Shown here: positions 1 through 9,108 of the stretch, one piece after another
Layout: every line of letters begins with the position of its first letter
How positions within the stretch are numbered: position 1 is the stretch's first letter
Origin: an uncultured delta proteobacterium
Lineage (GTDB): Bacteria > Desulfobacterota > Syntrophobacteria > BM002
Assembly: GCA_963712115.1 (NCBI GenBank)
Contig: CAVQGX010000031.1
Coordinates: 224,001 to 288,000 of the forward strand
Length of the DNA: 64,000 nucleotides
Direction: 5' to 3'
Notes under the pieces: model-generated
What the model was told of the DNA's origin: nothing
Database searches by the model: none
The model's input: the letters and a program-made list of their open reading frames with translations, nothing else
Program-made: the position numbers and the translations under genes

Positions 1-2442
1 TCCTCCAATAAGGACTTCTAAATCGTGACTCTTGAGCACACCACGTTCATAGATGGCCTTCAATCGCAGAGCCTGGAATTCTTGTCCCCGGTACTGCCCA
101 CGGTTGGCATCGACCTGAAGTTCCGCTGTAAGCTTTCTGAGGAATGGATGGAGTTCCCTTTTCTTCGCTATCTTTTCTGCTGGTGTTCCTGCCGCTTTAG
201 GCTTGCCCTCTTGTTTGTCAGGGGGTTTTGAGCTGGGCTTCGACGAGGCTTCATCTGGAGCGGCTGGAGGCAGCAGACGGTCTAAATTCAAATTTGGCGA
301 TTTCACCTGGAGTTGTGCCGTGGGCTCCTGGAAGTTGCTGACTTGCCCGGAACCGGTTATTTTCTGATCATTTACCACTAAGGTGAGATCATTAAGGTTC
401 ACCCTGTTTCCCGCGAATTCAATATCGCCATTGCCCTCCGTAACTTTTAATTTGGCAAGCTTGATACCCAGACCACTGGTTTTGACCTTGCCGTTAAACC
501 TGCTCTCTGCGGGTTGGGCTTTTGCATAGTGGACATGGATATTCATGTCCAACACACCGTCTAGTTCCAACTCCTTCAGTGGACGAAACAGACTACTTAG
601 ATCAGCCAGAATAAGACTTTCTGCCTTGGCTGTAGCGTCAACAATCAATTGCTCCGTTCCCCCTCCCGAGAGCTTGCCGTCTAGCTCTATGGGAGCTTTA
701 TTGAGCCGCCCTGTGAGGTCTTCTACGGTAAGGTCCAGGAAATTCTTATGATTAAATGTCACCCGCCCTTTGAGATCCTCCAACCGCGCTCCCGCCGGAG
801 AACTTACTGCCCTCATTCCTTCCAGCACCAGGGAACCGCTGGCATCCCACTGCTGACGCTTGGCCTGATCGTAGTCAGCCCGCAGGTCAACTTCGGCACT
901 CCCTGACAAACTCTCGAGGCCGTACTTCTTCAAGAGCTTTTCCACATCAGCATCTTGAGTTCCTGTTAACCGCATGGGGCCCTTGGCAGCAGCCGACACC
1001 TTTAGATTGCCTGTGAGGTTGGTGGCTCGACCCGCCAAGGTGGGCAGGGTCAAAGGCCCAATCCGCGCTTGGACGTTTGCGGCAGTTAGCTCGCCCTTTT
1101 CCAACCGCAAATTGCCTTTAACATCTTCAAGCTTTGGTAATGTTGCCGAGAGTCCCACCGACACATCCGAAACCCTTGCCGAGCCTTCGATCTTGGACAG
1201 GAGTGATTCAGGCTTTGAGGGTAGTTTTTTAAGGACGAGTTCAGGGAGGGATAATCTTTCTATAGTTACGTTACCTCCCCCTTCTAGGGCTTGGCGAATG
1301 ACCTTCTCTTGCTTACCCACTATTTTCCATGGGACCAGAGGGATCAGGTCGACCAATGGCAAATTAGAGGAAAACACTGCTCTTTCGACAATGGGCTCTT
1401 TCCGCCAATCTCGCAACAACCCCTCTCCGCTCAGGGAGATGGCGCCGAGGGTTAGGTCAAACTTTTGTACTTTAATCTGATCCAAATCAAACACCAGCTC
1501 GTAGGTGATCTTGGTTTCTGCGCCTGGAAGCGACTTTTCCCACTTGGAAAGATCGGTGTAGTTGAAGCGAGTGAGGTCCATGTGTCCATCAGCACTGAAG
1601 TGCTTGCCAAAATCGCCCTGGTAGTTAACCTCGAGAGAAATGGTGCCACCCAGCCGTTCTGCCATGGATTTGTTTTTCACATAGGGCTTGAGGGTCTCCA
1701 CATCCAGGTCTGATACGGTTGCTTTCACCTTCAGCACTGGGTTCTCCAGAGTGAGAGCTTCTGTGAGTCCCACAAAAGTTCCCTGCCCTTTCAGGGATCC
1801 CAAACCAGGTTTGGCCTCATCCCGGAGAGCGAATTGGAAGCCGATTTGCTTGCCAGGGGCCAAATTTCTGGCTTCTATTTCAACGTCTCTAAATATCCTC
1901 GAAACCTGCTGACCAGGCAAGTCCTCCAAGCGAATCCGCCCTTTCTCTACCTTGACCTCTTCGATAAGAATTTCCACTGGGAAGGTTGAGCTAAGTTTAT
2001 CGGCCGAAGGAGCGGTATCACCTCCAGCAGGTGGTTTCCCACCAGGCTTAGTCTTTACCTTTCTTTCCTGATCCGGGGAGGGGGCAAGGCTTACTGCCAA
2101 AACTGGGCTCTGCAACAGCAACTCATCCACTACGACTTTCTTGGACAGGAGGGGAAGAACCGACACCTTGGCATAAATGCGAGATAGGTCCACGTCCCCT
2201 GGAAATCGAGTGGCTCCCTTCAGAGCAAATCCATCAGCCTCCAGCCAGACCCCGTTCGAGATGCCCCAGTTGAGAGGCCCGAGGGTTGCCTTCCCTCCGG
2301 TGGCCGCCTCGATTTGAGAAGTGATAAACCCATTATACCGATTCAGGTCGATAAACCTGGGAACGATGAGGGCGGCAGCTATGACAATCACGGCAAGAAC
2401 CGCGAGGATGATGCCGACCTTTTTCCATCTCGCTGATTTCAC
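1..2442 (-). CDS. AsmA-like / DUF748-type envelope protein (3' end outside window)
   Basis: Absent from the ORF track because it runs off the edge. Manual translation from GTG 2442 gives MKSARWKKVGIILAVLAVIVIAAALIVPRFIDLNRY (N-terminal TM anchor typical of AsmA). The same frame reads SPNLNLDRLLP near 300. Frame spot-checked only. Confidence 0.75.
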   Translation of the reverse strand, partial: MKSARWKKVGIILAVLAVIVIAAALIVPRFIDLNRYNGFITSQIEAATGGKATLGPLNWGISNGVWLEADGFALKGATRFPGDVDLSRIYAKVSVLPLLSKKVVVDELLLQSPVLAVSLAPSPDQERKVKTKPGGKPPAGGDTAPSADKLSSTFPVEILIEEVKVEKGRIRLEDLPGQQVSRIFRDVEIEARNLAPGKQIGFQFALRDEAKPGLGSLKGQGTFVGLTEALTLENPVLKVKATVSDLDVETLKPYVKNKSMAERLGGTISLEVNYQGDFGKHFSADGHMDLTRFNYTDLSKWEKSLPGAETKITYELVFDLDQIKVQKFDLTLGAISLSGEGLLRDWRKEPIVERAVFSSNLPLVDLIPLVPWKIVGKQEKVIRQALEGGGNVTIERLSLPELVLKKLPSKPESLLSKIEGSARVSDVSVGLSATLPKLEDVKGNLRLEKGELTAANVQARIGPLTLPTLAGRATNLTGNLKVSAAAKGPMRLTGTQDADVEKLLKKYGLESLSGSAEVDLRADYDQAKRQQWDASGSLVLEGMRAVSSPAGARLEDLKGRVTFNHKNFLDLTVEDLTGRLNKAPIELDGKLSGGGTEQLIVDATAKAESLILADLSSLFRPLKELELDGVLDMNIHVHYAKAQPAESRFNGKVKTSGLGIKLAKLKVTEGNGDIEFAGNRVNLNDLTLVVNDQKITGSGQVSNFQEPTAQLQVKSPNLNLDRLLPPAAPDEASSKPSSKPPDKQEGKPKAAGTPAEKIAKKRELHPFLRKLTAELQVDANRGQYRGQEFQALRLKAIYERGVLKSHDLEVLIGG

Positions 2443-2649
2443 CAACTCATCCTTTTCAACTAGGCACTTAAAAAGGCACAAGGCTTAAGGCGCAGGGCTC
2501 AAGGAAACCACCTAGGAGTCAGGGCTTCGAATTTCGAAATGATAATTCTAAGTTGAGTTGCGTATTTCGTCTTTTTCAAATCCGCAATCCGCAATCCGAA
2601 ATCCGAAATCATCTAGCTCCATGCTCCATGCCTAACGGATTGTGACTGC

Positions 2650-3507
2650 TCACTCTGTGACATCATACTTATCTAGATAGCCTCGGGGAGTAACCATGAA
2701 AGAATCATAGGCAAAGGTCCGGGAGTTGCCCACAATGATTACAGTTTGCATGTCTATCGAGTAGGAGTGCATATTTTCCAGATCGGTAATGGTAACTTCC
2801 TCGCCCTCTCGGGTTGCCCTGCCAACGATTCCCACCGGGGTGCTCCCCGGTCGAAATTCCAACAATATCTCTCGCGCCCGGTTGATCTGCCAGTCCCTCT
2901 TCTTACTCTTGGGGTTATAAATTGCCACAACAAAGTCTGCTTCCCCAACCATCCTGAGCCGTTTTTCGATCACTTCCCAGGGAGTCAAAAGATCACTAAG
3001 TGATATGGCAGCAAAGTCGTGCATCAGGGGCGCCCCGAGAAGAGAGCCGGCTGCAGCAAAGGCGGGAACACCGGGAATGAAAGTAAGCTGTAGACCTTCA
3101 GGTTCTGGCGCCAGAGGGATCTCCTTGGCGCGACAAACCTCCAACACCAGACCTGCCATGCCGTAGATTCCCGCATCACCGCTTGAGACCAGAGAGACAG
3201 TCCTACCTTTAAGTGCCTCATCCAGTGCCAGGTTCACCCTGTCGAGTTCCTGGCGCATGCCTGTGGCCACGGTCTCTTGATCACCTAGGATGGGTCGGAT
3301 GAGTTCTACATAGGTACGGTAACCCACCACCAGGTCAGAAGACCTAAGGGCTTTTTCTGCCGCGGGAGTCAGGTGGTCGCTGTCTCCTGGTCCGAGACTA
3401 ACAACGAGGAGGCGACCCTGGCCACTGCCACGGTCACGTTCCCCAGAATTTGCTTTTGCACCAGCAGTTCCTCGGCGCAGGCGCTTATTATTGCCGCTTT
3501 CTCGCAT
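2650..3507 (-). CDS. cobJ: Cobalt-precorrin-3B C17-methyltransferase (CbiH/CobJ)
   Basis: LLVVSLGPG, VSSGDAGIYGMA, LMHDFAAISLSDLLTPW, YNPKSKKR and TPRGY motifs; only ATG/GTG/TTG start overlaps the upstream gene. Confidence 0.92.
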   Translation of the reverse strand: MRESGNNKRLRRGTAGAKANSGERDRGSGQGRLLVVSLGPGDSDHLTPAAEKALRSSDLVVGYRTYVELIRPILGDQETVATGMRQELDRVNLALDEALKGRTVSLVSSGDAGIYGMAGLVLEVCRAKEIPLAPEPEGLQLTFIPGVPAFAAAGSLLGAPLMHDFAAISLSDLLTPWEVIEKRLRMVGEADFVVAIYNPKSKKRDWQINRAREILLEFRPGSTPVGIVGRATREGEEVTITDLENMHSYSIDMQTVIIVGNSRTFAYDSFMVTPRGYLDKYDVTE

Positions 3508-5258
3508 ACACTTTCTACTCCCAGATGTTCTCTCACTTTATCTGAAGGACTTGGCACCTCCACCGGAGTTTGGAGGTCGGAGACAGAGTAGTAGACCGCA
3601 GGCCAATGGTGCACCCTTATCAGCTCGTTCAAGCCCTCTTCGTCTTCTTTGAGTTCAACAGTGGCTAGATTGCGTACCGCCAAAAGACTCAGATTGTGAT
3701 CCTCAAAGACCTTATCCACAGCCGCGCCAATTTCAGCCGCCTTGGTGCCCCGTTTACATCCCACCCCCACAACTAAACTCTTTGGTCTCAGTACCAGACA
3801 CGGAGGGGGTTCAAAAGAGCCGATTACATCATCTACGTATATCCAGCCAGATAATTCCGCCTCCCCAGCTTCCTCCGGTCGCTGCAATATTTCTAGTCCC
3901 GCAGTTCCGGGTATGTGGGGTTGCAGCCATTTTCCGGGATCATATAGTCCAATCTGTCCCTCTTTCAACAGGGCCATGTTCAGGGTCTTCACCCTGTCCA
4001 AATTTTCGATGACTAGCCCGGCCTGTTTTGCCAGTTCATCAAAACTTATTTTCCCCTGCACATCAGTTGCTGTGGTGATTACCGCTTGACCGCCGGTAAT
4101 AGCCGCCACCTCCCGGGCCAGCAGGTTGGCGCCGCCAAGGTGTCCGGAAACCAGGCTTATGATATTGCTCCCCATCTCGTCGACAACTACCACGGCGGGA
4201 TCTTCATCCTTGGACTTCAACCAGGGGGCAAGAAATCGCACCACTATGCCGGTGGCCATTATGCACACCAGCCCTGCGTGCTTCTTGACACATTTGGCAA
4301 AGGCCTCTTTGAAGTCAGTAAAAGGGTAGGACCCGCCAAAGCCTCTGGCTTCCTTGTCGGGAAGATAGAGGCTGCTCTCCTCAAGGTTGGCGGCAATGTG
4401 GGCTGCAAGCTTGCTTCCTCCCGGAGTCAGAGCCAAAACGGCCACCCCGTGCCGCACAGCTCCTTCCTTTTGCTGAGACCCCCTAAAGCCATGGGCAAAG
4501 GTGGGATCGTAGAGTTTGCTGCGGTCCTCCAGTTCTCCACTCAGAGCCTGACCCACCAGAATCACCGCCTGTCTTTTGATCCCACTTTCCTCTACGCGCT
4601 TGGCAATGTCTGATAGCGTACCTGCAATGAACTTCTCATCCGGCCAACCTACCCTGTAGGCAACCACCACCGGGGTGTCGGCAGGGTAGCCCTGCTTTAG
4701 TTCATCCACCACTTCACCTATCTTGGACACGCTTAGATATACCACCAGGCTAGCCTGGTGCTGTGCGAGCCCAGCAAGATTTTCACTCTCGGGCACCTTT
4801 GTTCGCCCCGCCAATCTGGTGAGGATGAGTGTCTGGCTCCCCCCCGGCTGGGTGAGCTGCCGCCCTAGAGTCGCTGCTGCCGCAAAGGCCACGGTCACCC
4901 CGGGTACCACCTCGAAGGGGATTTCCTCTTTTTCCAGAAGCTGGATTTGTTCTTGAATGGCGCCGTACAATGCTGGATCACCCGTGTGTACCCGGGCGAC
5001 GATCATGCCCTTCTTGACCCCTTTAGATAGGAGGGCGTGGGTCTCCTCCAGGCTAAGACTGGCGCTGTCGTGAATTTCTGCCCCCTTCTTGGCTTTGGAC
5101 AACAGGGGTCGCGGTACAAGGGAGCCGGCGTAAACTATCAGATCAGCGACCTCGATAATCTTGGCCCCACGCACTGTTATCAATTCCGGATCTCCCGGAC
5201 CCGCCCCAATGAAATAGACTTTTCCCTGCTCTATCGCTTTCAGTTTTCGATCCTCCAC
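3369..5258 (-). CDS. cobM: Fused cobalt-precorrin-4 C11-methyltransferase (CbiF/CobM) and cobalt-precorrin-5A hydrolase (CbiG)
   Basis: N-half has VYFIGAGPGDPELIT, RVHTGDPALYG, SKLYDPTFAHGFR; C-half has CIMATGIVVR, DPAVVVVD, SGHLGGAN, TTATD, GVGCKRG. Confidence 0.92.
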   Translation of the reverse strand: MEDRKLKAIEQGKVYFIGAGPGDPELITVRGAKIIEVADLIVYAGSLVPRPLLSKAKKGAEIHDSASLSLEETHALLSKGVKKGMIVARVHTGDPALYGAIQEQIQLLEKEEIPFEVVPGVTVAFAAAATLGRQLTQPGGSQTLILTRLAGRTKVPESENLAGLAQHQASLVVYLSVSKIGEVVDELKQGYPADTPVVVAYRVGWPDEKFIAGTLSDIAKRVEESGIKRQAVILVGQALSGELEDRSKLYDPTFAHGFRGSQQKEGAVRHGVAVLALTPGGSKLAAHIAANLEESSLYLPDKEARGFGGSYPFTDFKEAFAKCVKKHAGLVCIMATGIVVRFLAPWLKSKDEDPAVVVVDEMGSNIISLVSGHLGGANLLAREVAAITGGQAVITTATDVQGKISFDELAKQAGLVIENLDRVKTLNMALLKEGQIGLYDPGKWLQPHIPGTAGLEILQRPEEAGEAELSGWIYVDDVIGSFEPPPCLVLRPKSLVVGVGCKRGTKAAEIGAAVDKVFEDHNLSLLAVRNLATVELKEDEEGLNELIRVHHWPAVYYSVSDLQTPVEVPSPSDKVREHLGVESVCEKAAIISACAEELLVQKQILGNVTVAVARVASSLLVSDQETATT

Positions 5259-5284
5259 ACGTACCTTGTCGAAGGGTGGGGAAA

Positions 5285-5708
5285 AACCACGAAGATCACG
5301 AAGGCGTTACAATACCATTCGTTTAATTCCATGTTTCATGTACTTCACATTAAAATTCAGCAAAAGCCCGATTGATATACCAGACAACTTCATATATGTA
5401 AGTAACTGGGCTTGGTGAACCGGCAGAACTTTATCCACGCTTTTAAGTTCAACTATAATGGTTTTGTCTATAAACAAGTCGACACGATAACCGCAGTCGA
5501 GCTTTATACTCTTGTATTTCACAGGCAAAGGGTGTTGTAGTTTGAACGGTATCCCGGCATTTGTCAGCTCATGAGCAAGGCACTGCTCATACGTGGATTC
5601 GAGTAATCCAGGGCCCAGATGCTTATGGACCTCTAGAGCACAACCAATAACTTGGTTTGACAGTTTATCGAACTTCATTCTTCGTGCCCCTTTGTGTACT
5701 TCGTGGTT
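5285..5708. mobile_element. Inverted-repeat-flanked GxxExxY cassette inside the cob operon
   Basis: AACCACGAAGATCACGAAG (5285-5303) and CTTCGTGCCCCTTTGTGTACTTCGTGGTT (5680-5708) are inverted arms that tightly bracket the ORF; mobility is inferred. Confidence 0.6.
5307..5678 (-). CDS. GxxExxY protein (PD-(D/E)XK-like fold)
   Basis: EVHKHLGPGLLESTYEQCL, YRVDLFI, IIVELKSV, QLLTYMKL, GLLLNFN; start moved to ATG 5678. Confidence 0.92.
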   Translation of the reverse strand: MKFDKLSNQVIGCALEVHKHLGPGLLESTYEQCLAHELTNAGIPFKLQHPLPVKYKSIKLDCGYRVDLFIDKTIIVELKSVDKVLPVHQAQLLTYMKLSGISIGLLLNFNVKYMKHGIKRMVL

Positions 5709-5725
5709 AATCCCACCCTCCTTAT

Positions 5726-6946
5726 CTATGAGCGCCAGAGAGTAAGGAGGAAAAGTGGGGTTTGTGGTTGAAACCGGCTCAGCCAAGCATCCTTATCCGA
5801 CTGAATGGGAACTGTACGGCTCACTTGCAACAGCAGCCATTCGTGGGCCAACCCGGTTGTATCAACAAACCTTTGGGCCCGAGCAAGAGTCTCGGGGGTG
5901 ACCACGCCCACCACTGCCCGACCCTCAGGCCGTAGCCGTTTCTCCACGATCTCCAGAATGTCGGCGAGGTTACCGCCGCTGCCACCGACAAACACTCGAT
6001 CCGGGTCAGGCAGATCCTGCAGTACCCCAGGCGCCTCACCCAAAACCACTTTGACCCCGAAGCCACCCAGTCTTCTTACATTATCCTGGATCATCTCTAA
6101 TCTGGCTCGATCTTTTTCAACACCGTATACCCTCAAACCGGGGGCTATCCTCACAGCCTCGATCCCCACAGAACCAGATCCTGCTCCCACATCCCACATG
6201 ACCCCTTGCGGTTCGAGTTGCAATTCGGCAAGAATTAGAGCTCTCGACTCCCGCTTGGTGATCAGCGATTTTTCTTTGGCAAAAAGAGCATCTTCTAGAC
6301 CGAGCCTGACAGCTGGCTGTAGCTCTTCCTCTGGGTAGAGAACCATCACATTAAGAGGTGAAAATTGCATCCCCTCAGCTCCCGCAAGATCAGTCTCTAG
6401 GCATCGTTCTTGCTCTGAGCCAATATCTTCCACCACTGCCACTTTGCGATTGGCCATGCCGTATTCGCGCAGAATCTTGGCCAGTAGATTCGGCGTATTC
6501 TCAGGATCTGTATAGATGGCAATGGCCCCAGCATGTCCAAGTTCTGCTAAAAGGTCCGTTGCCTTCCTGCCGTGAACACTCACAGTTCTAGCCTGGTTCC
6601 AGGGTAGTTTGAGCCGAGCAAATGTCTTTTGCAGAGCTGTTACATTTGGCAGGAAGGTGACGTTTTCAGAGCCAAATACCTCCAGAGCTCTCTGGCCTAT
6701 GCCGAAGAACAGGGGATCACCCGATGCCAGGATAACTACCCCTTTCCCCGCCGCCTCCTTTTTAACCTCTTCCAGGGTAGCTCTGGGGTTGGCACCTAGA
6801 GTCCAGGTGGTCTCGGTCTGTCCAACAAACATAGCGAGCTGCCTTTTGCCCCCCACCAGCACCTCTGCTGCCTGGATCGCTCTACGATGCGATTCGGTCA
6901 GGTCATCCGGACCAACTCCGGTGCCCACCACTATAACCGTACTCAT
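5726..6946 (-). CDS. cbiE: Bifunctional CbiE/CbiT (CobL) precorrin-6Y/7 methyltransferase-decarboxylase
   Basis: VILASGDPLFFGIG, LITKRESR, WDVGAGSGSVGIE, PDRVFVGGSGG; likely start ATG 6946. Confidence 0.9.
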   Translation of the reverse strand: MSTVIVVGTGVGPDDLTESHRRAIQAAEVLVGGKRQLAMFVGQTETTWTLGANPRATLEEVKKEAAGKGVVILASGDPLFFGIGQRALEVFGSENVTFLPNVTALQKTFARLKLPWNQARTVSVHGRKATDLLAELGHAGAIAIYTDPENTPNLLAKILREYGMANRKVAVVEDIGSEQERCLETDLAGAEGMQFSPLNVMVLYPEEELQPAVRLGLEDALFAKEKSLITKRESRALILAELQLEPQGVMWDVGAGSGSVGIEAVRIAPGLRVYGVEKDRARLEMIQDNVRRLGGFGVKVVLGEAPGVLQDLPDPDRVFVGGSGGNLADILEIVEKRLRPEGRAVVGVVTPETLARAQRFVDTTGLAHEWLLLQVSRTVPIQSDKDAWLSRFQPQTPLFLLTLWRS

Positions 6947-6997
6947 TTTGGTCCTTCCTGGTCTATTCACTAACATTTTAGCCTAGCAGAACACGGA

Positions 6998-7156
6998 AAA
7001 TCCGAAATCCGAAGCACGAAGCACTAAACAAATCCCAAACCCGAATTTCCCAATGTTCAAAACAAAAGCTAGTTTAAGGCTTCAGATGTACGTTTTGGTC
7101 ATTTGAATTTGGGATTTTGATATTGTTTCGAATTTCGATATTAGAATTTCGGATTT
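6998..7156. repeat. Imperfect palindrome with 7-bp periodic arms (AAATCCG family)
   Basis: AAATCCGAAATCCGAAGCACGAAGCACTAAACAAAT ... ATTGTTTCGAATTTCGATATTAGAATTTCGGATTT. Confidence 0.8.
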
Positions 7157-7179
7157 AAGTAGGATGGGCATCGCTCATC

Positions 7180-8301
7180 CTACGCCTTGAAAATGAGCTG
7201 TCCACTATAATCGAACAAAAGCAGGTCAATGTCCAGTTTACCTTGCGAATGGTTCTTGCTCACCCCAATGGCTTTCTGTGCAAGCTGCGGAATAATCTTA
7301 CTCGTTGTATTCGTCTCTTGCATGATCTCCAAACAGTGCCTGGCAGTGTTTGCCCTCAACAGCCTCTCACTTAAGTCCTCCGACTCTATGGTCTCTCGGG
7401 CTATTTCCCCCAGGATTCCAAGGTCCATGTTCCTGCTGCTTGCGTGGGTATAATGCAGCCCCATGGCCATTTTTATTAATTTGCCTATAAAGACAGCGTG
7501 GGTGACCTTGGTGAAGCCGGATTTTGCTGCTGCCTTCAGACTGAAACCATAGAAATCGGCAATCTGGACAAAGCTCTCCTCGGGGAGATGGGTGAGAAGC
7601 CGTCTGGCAAAACTTTCACTTTTACCCCCGGTGCTCAAAACCAATTCATCACCAGCAGCCCGAGCCACGGATAGAGCCGCCTCTATGGTCTCCTTATAGG
7701 CTCGGTGCGAGAGAGGCCGCACGATTCCGGTAGTACCAAGGATAGAAAGTCCACCTACAATACCCAGGCGCGGATTAAGAGTCTTTTTTGCCAGGGCTTC
7801 TCCGTCGGTAACGAAAATTTCAACTTCAATTCTTTGGGCCTTGTCAGCCCCGAGAGAATCAAGGACCTCCTCCACTGCCCATCGTATCATCTGCCGAGGC
7901 ACCGGATTTATGGCGGGCTCGCCCACTTTAACCGGAAGTCCGGGCTTGGTAACTCGACCCACCCCTTCCCCAGCCTTAAAAACGATTGTAGTGTCACCCT
8001 TTGTAACCCCCAAGATCCGCACCCTTGCTCCAATTTCTGCCCCGTGGGTCACATCGGGGTCATCTCCTCCATCTTTGACCACTGAACATACGGAGGTATT
8101 GCCCTCCTGACGGTATCTATGCAAGAAGATTTCTAATACCCTGGCTTGTGGAAGGGTTACCGAAATTGGAGTCAGAGGAGAGCCGGTGAACAGAAGCTGC
8201 AGTGCACCTTTTGTCGCTGCAGCCGCCGCAGTTCCTGTAGTGAAGCCTTCCCGCAGTTTTTTCCCACGTCTGCCCTTAGTACGAGTTCTTTTGGCTGGCA
8301 T
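7180..8301 (-). CDS. cbiD: Cobalt-precorrin-5B C1-methyltransferase
   Basis: LREGFTTGTAAAAA, KDGGDDPDVTHG, TLNPRLGIVGGLSILGTTGIVRP; start trimmed to ATG 8301. Confidence 0.93.
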   Translation of the reverse strand: MPAKRTRTKGRRGKKLREGFTTGTAAAAATKGALQLLFTGSPLTPISVTLPQARVLEIFLHRYRQEGNTSVCSVVKDGGDDPDVTHGAEIGARVRILGVTKGDTTIVFKAGEGVGRVTKPGLPVKVGEPAINPVPRQMIRWAVEEVLDSLGADKAQRIEVEIFVTDGEALAKKTLNPRLGIVGGLSILGTTGIVRPLSHRAYKETIEAALSVARAAGDELVLSTGGKSESFARRLLTHLPEESFVQIADFYGFSLKAAAKSGFTKVTHAVFIGKLIKMAMGLHYTHASSRNMDLGILGEIARETIESEDLSERLLRANTARHCLEIMQETNTTSKIIPQLAQKAIGVSKNHSQGKLDIDLLLFDYSGQLIFKA

Positions 8302-8302
8302 C

Positions 8303-8998
8303 TTAATCCGTATCGGTTTTGTCCGTTGTCCGTTGTGGCTCAGTTCCTTCGCCGCATAGCGCTGAGCGCTTTCTAGCGGCGAGATCGGCCAGGGCATTGA
8401 TAGTAGCAGCGGCCACAGCACTTCCTCCTTTCCTGCCTGCCACTGTGATGTAAATGAGTCCAGAATCCACCAATAGCTCTTTGGCCTCCGCCGCGTTGAC
8501 AAAACCCACCACCATGCCCACAACCAAAGCTGGTCGAACTTCCCCCTGTTGGAAGAGTCTAACCAGTTCAATTAGGGCAGTTGGTGCATTGCCGATGACT
8601 GCTATGCCACCCTCTAGAAGCTCTCTAGCTCGTGAGACGGCTGCAGCGGCGCGGGTAATGTTGTCAGCCCTGGCAGCAGCGATCACCTCTTTATCGTTGA
8701 TGAAGCAGTGGACCTCAATGCCAAATGGAGCCAGATGGGTCTTGGTTATTCCGGCCTGGGCCATACGAGTATCAGTAACAATGGCTGCCCCGGCGCATAT
8801 TGCGGAAATACCAGCCTCAACCGCCTGCTGGTGGAAACGGGTCTGTTTTATGAAATCAAAGTCCGCAGTTGTATGTATTAGCCTGCGGACAACTGCCCAT
8901 TTTTCAGCTTCGAGGCCATGCTCCCCCGCCTCCTCTTCAATGATTTTGAAGCTCAATGATTCTATTTCAGCCGGGTCAACCTTGGTAATTTCAACCAT
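8303..8998 (-). CDS. cbiC: Precorrin-8X methylmutase (CbiC/CobH)
   Basis: IESLSFKII, RLIHTTAD, IGNAPTAL, VGFVNAAEAKE, GRKGGSAVAAA. Confidence 0.95.
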   Translation of the reverse strand: MVEITKVDPAEIESLSFKIIEEEAGEHGLEAEKWAVVRRLIHTTADFDFIKQTRFHQQAVEAGISAICAGAAIVTDTRMAQAGITKTHLAPFGIEVHCFINDKEVIAAARADNITRAAAAVSRARELLEGGIAVIGNAPTALIELVRLFQQGEVRPALVVGMVVGFVNAAEAKELLVDSGLIYITVAGRKGGSAVAAATINALADLAARKRSALCGEGTEPQRTTDKTDTD

Positions 8999-9065
8999 TA
9001 TCTATCCTCGCACTCTGTGATGTCAGTAGTTCCGCCGAAGGCGGATCCGTTGCAGCTCACCTAGT

Positions 9066-9090
9066 TCGCGACCTAGAGGTCGCTCCTACA
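9066..9090 (-). repeat. GTAG-type REP palindrome
   Basis: Reverse complement TGTAGGAGCGACCTCTAGGTCGCGA = GTAG foot plus GCGACCT-CT-AGGTCGC hairpin. Confidence 0.65.
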
Positions 9091-9108
9091 GAGAGCTGTT
9101 CTTTATGA

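Noticed and set aside
25-1912. Short plus-strand ORFs in the track
   Set aside because: Antisense shadows of the AsmA-like gene; the same applies to most short ORFs opposite annotated genes (e.g. 19707-20438, 55831-56550)
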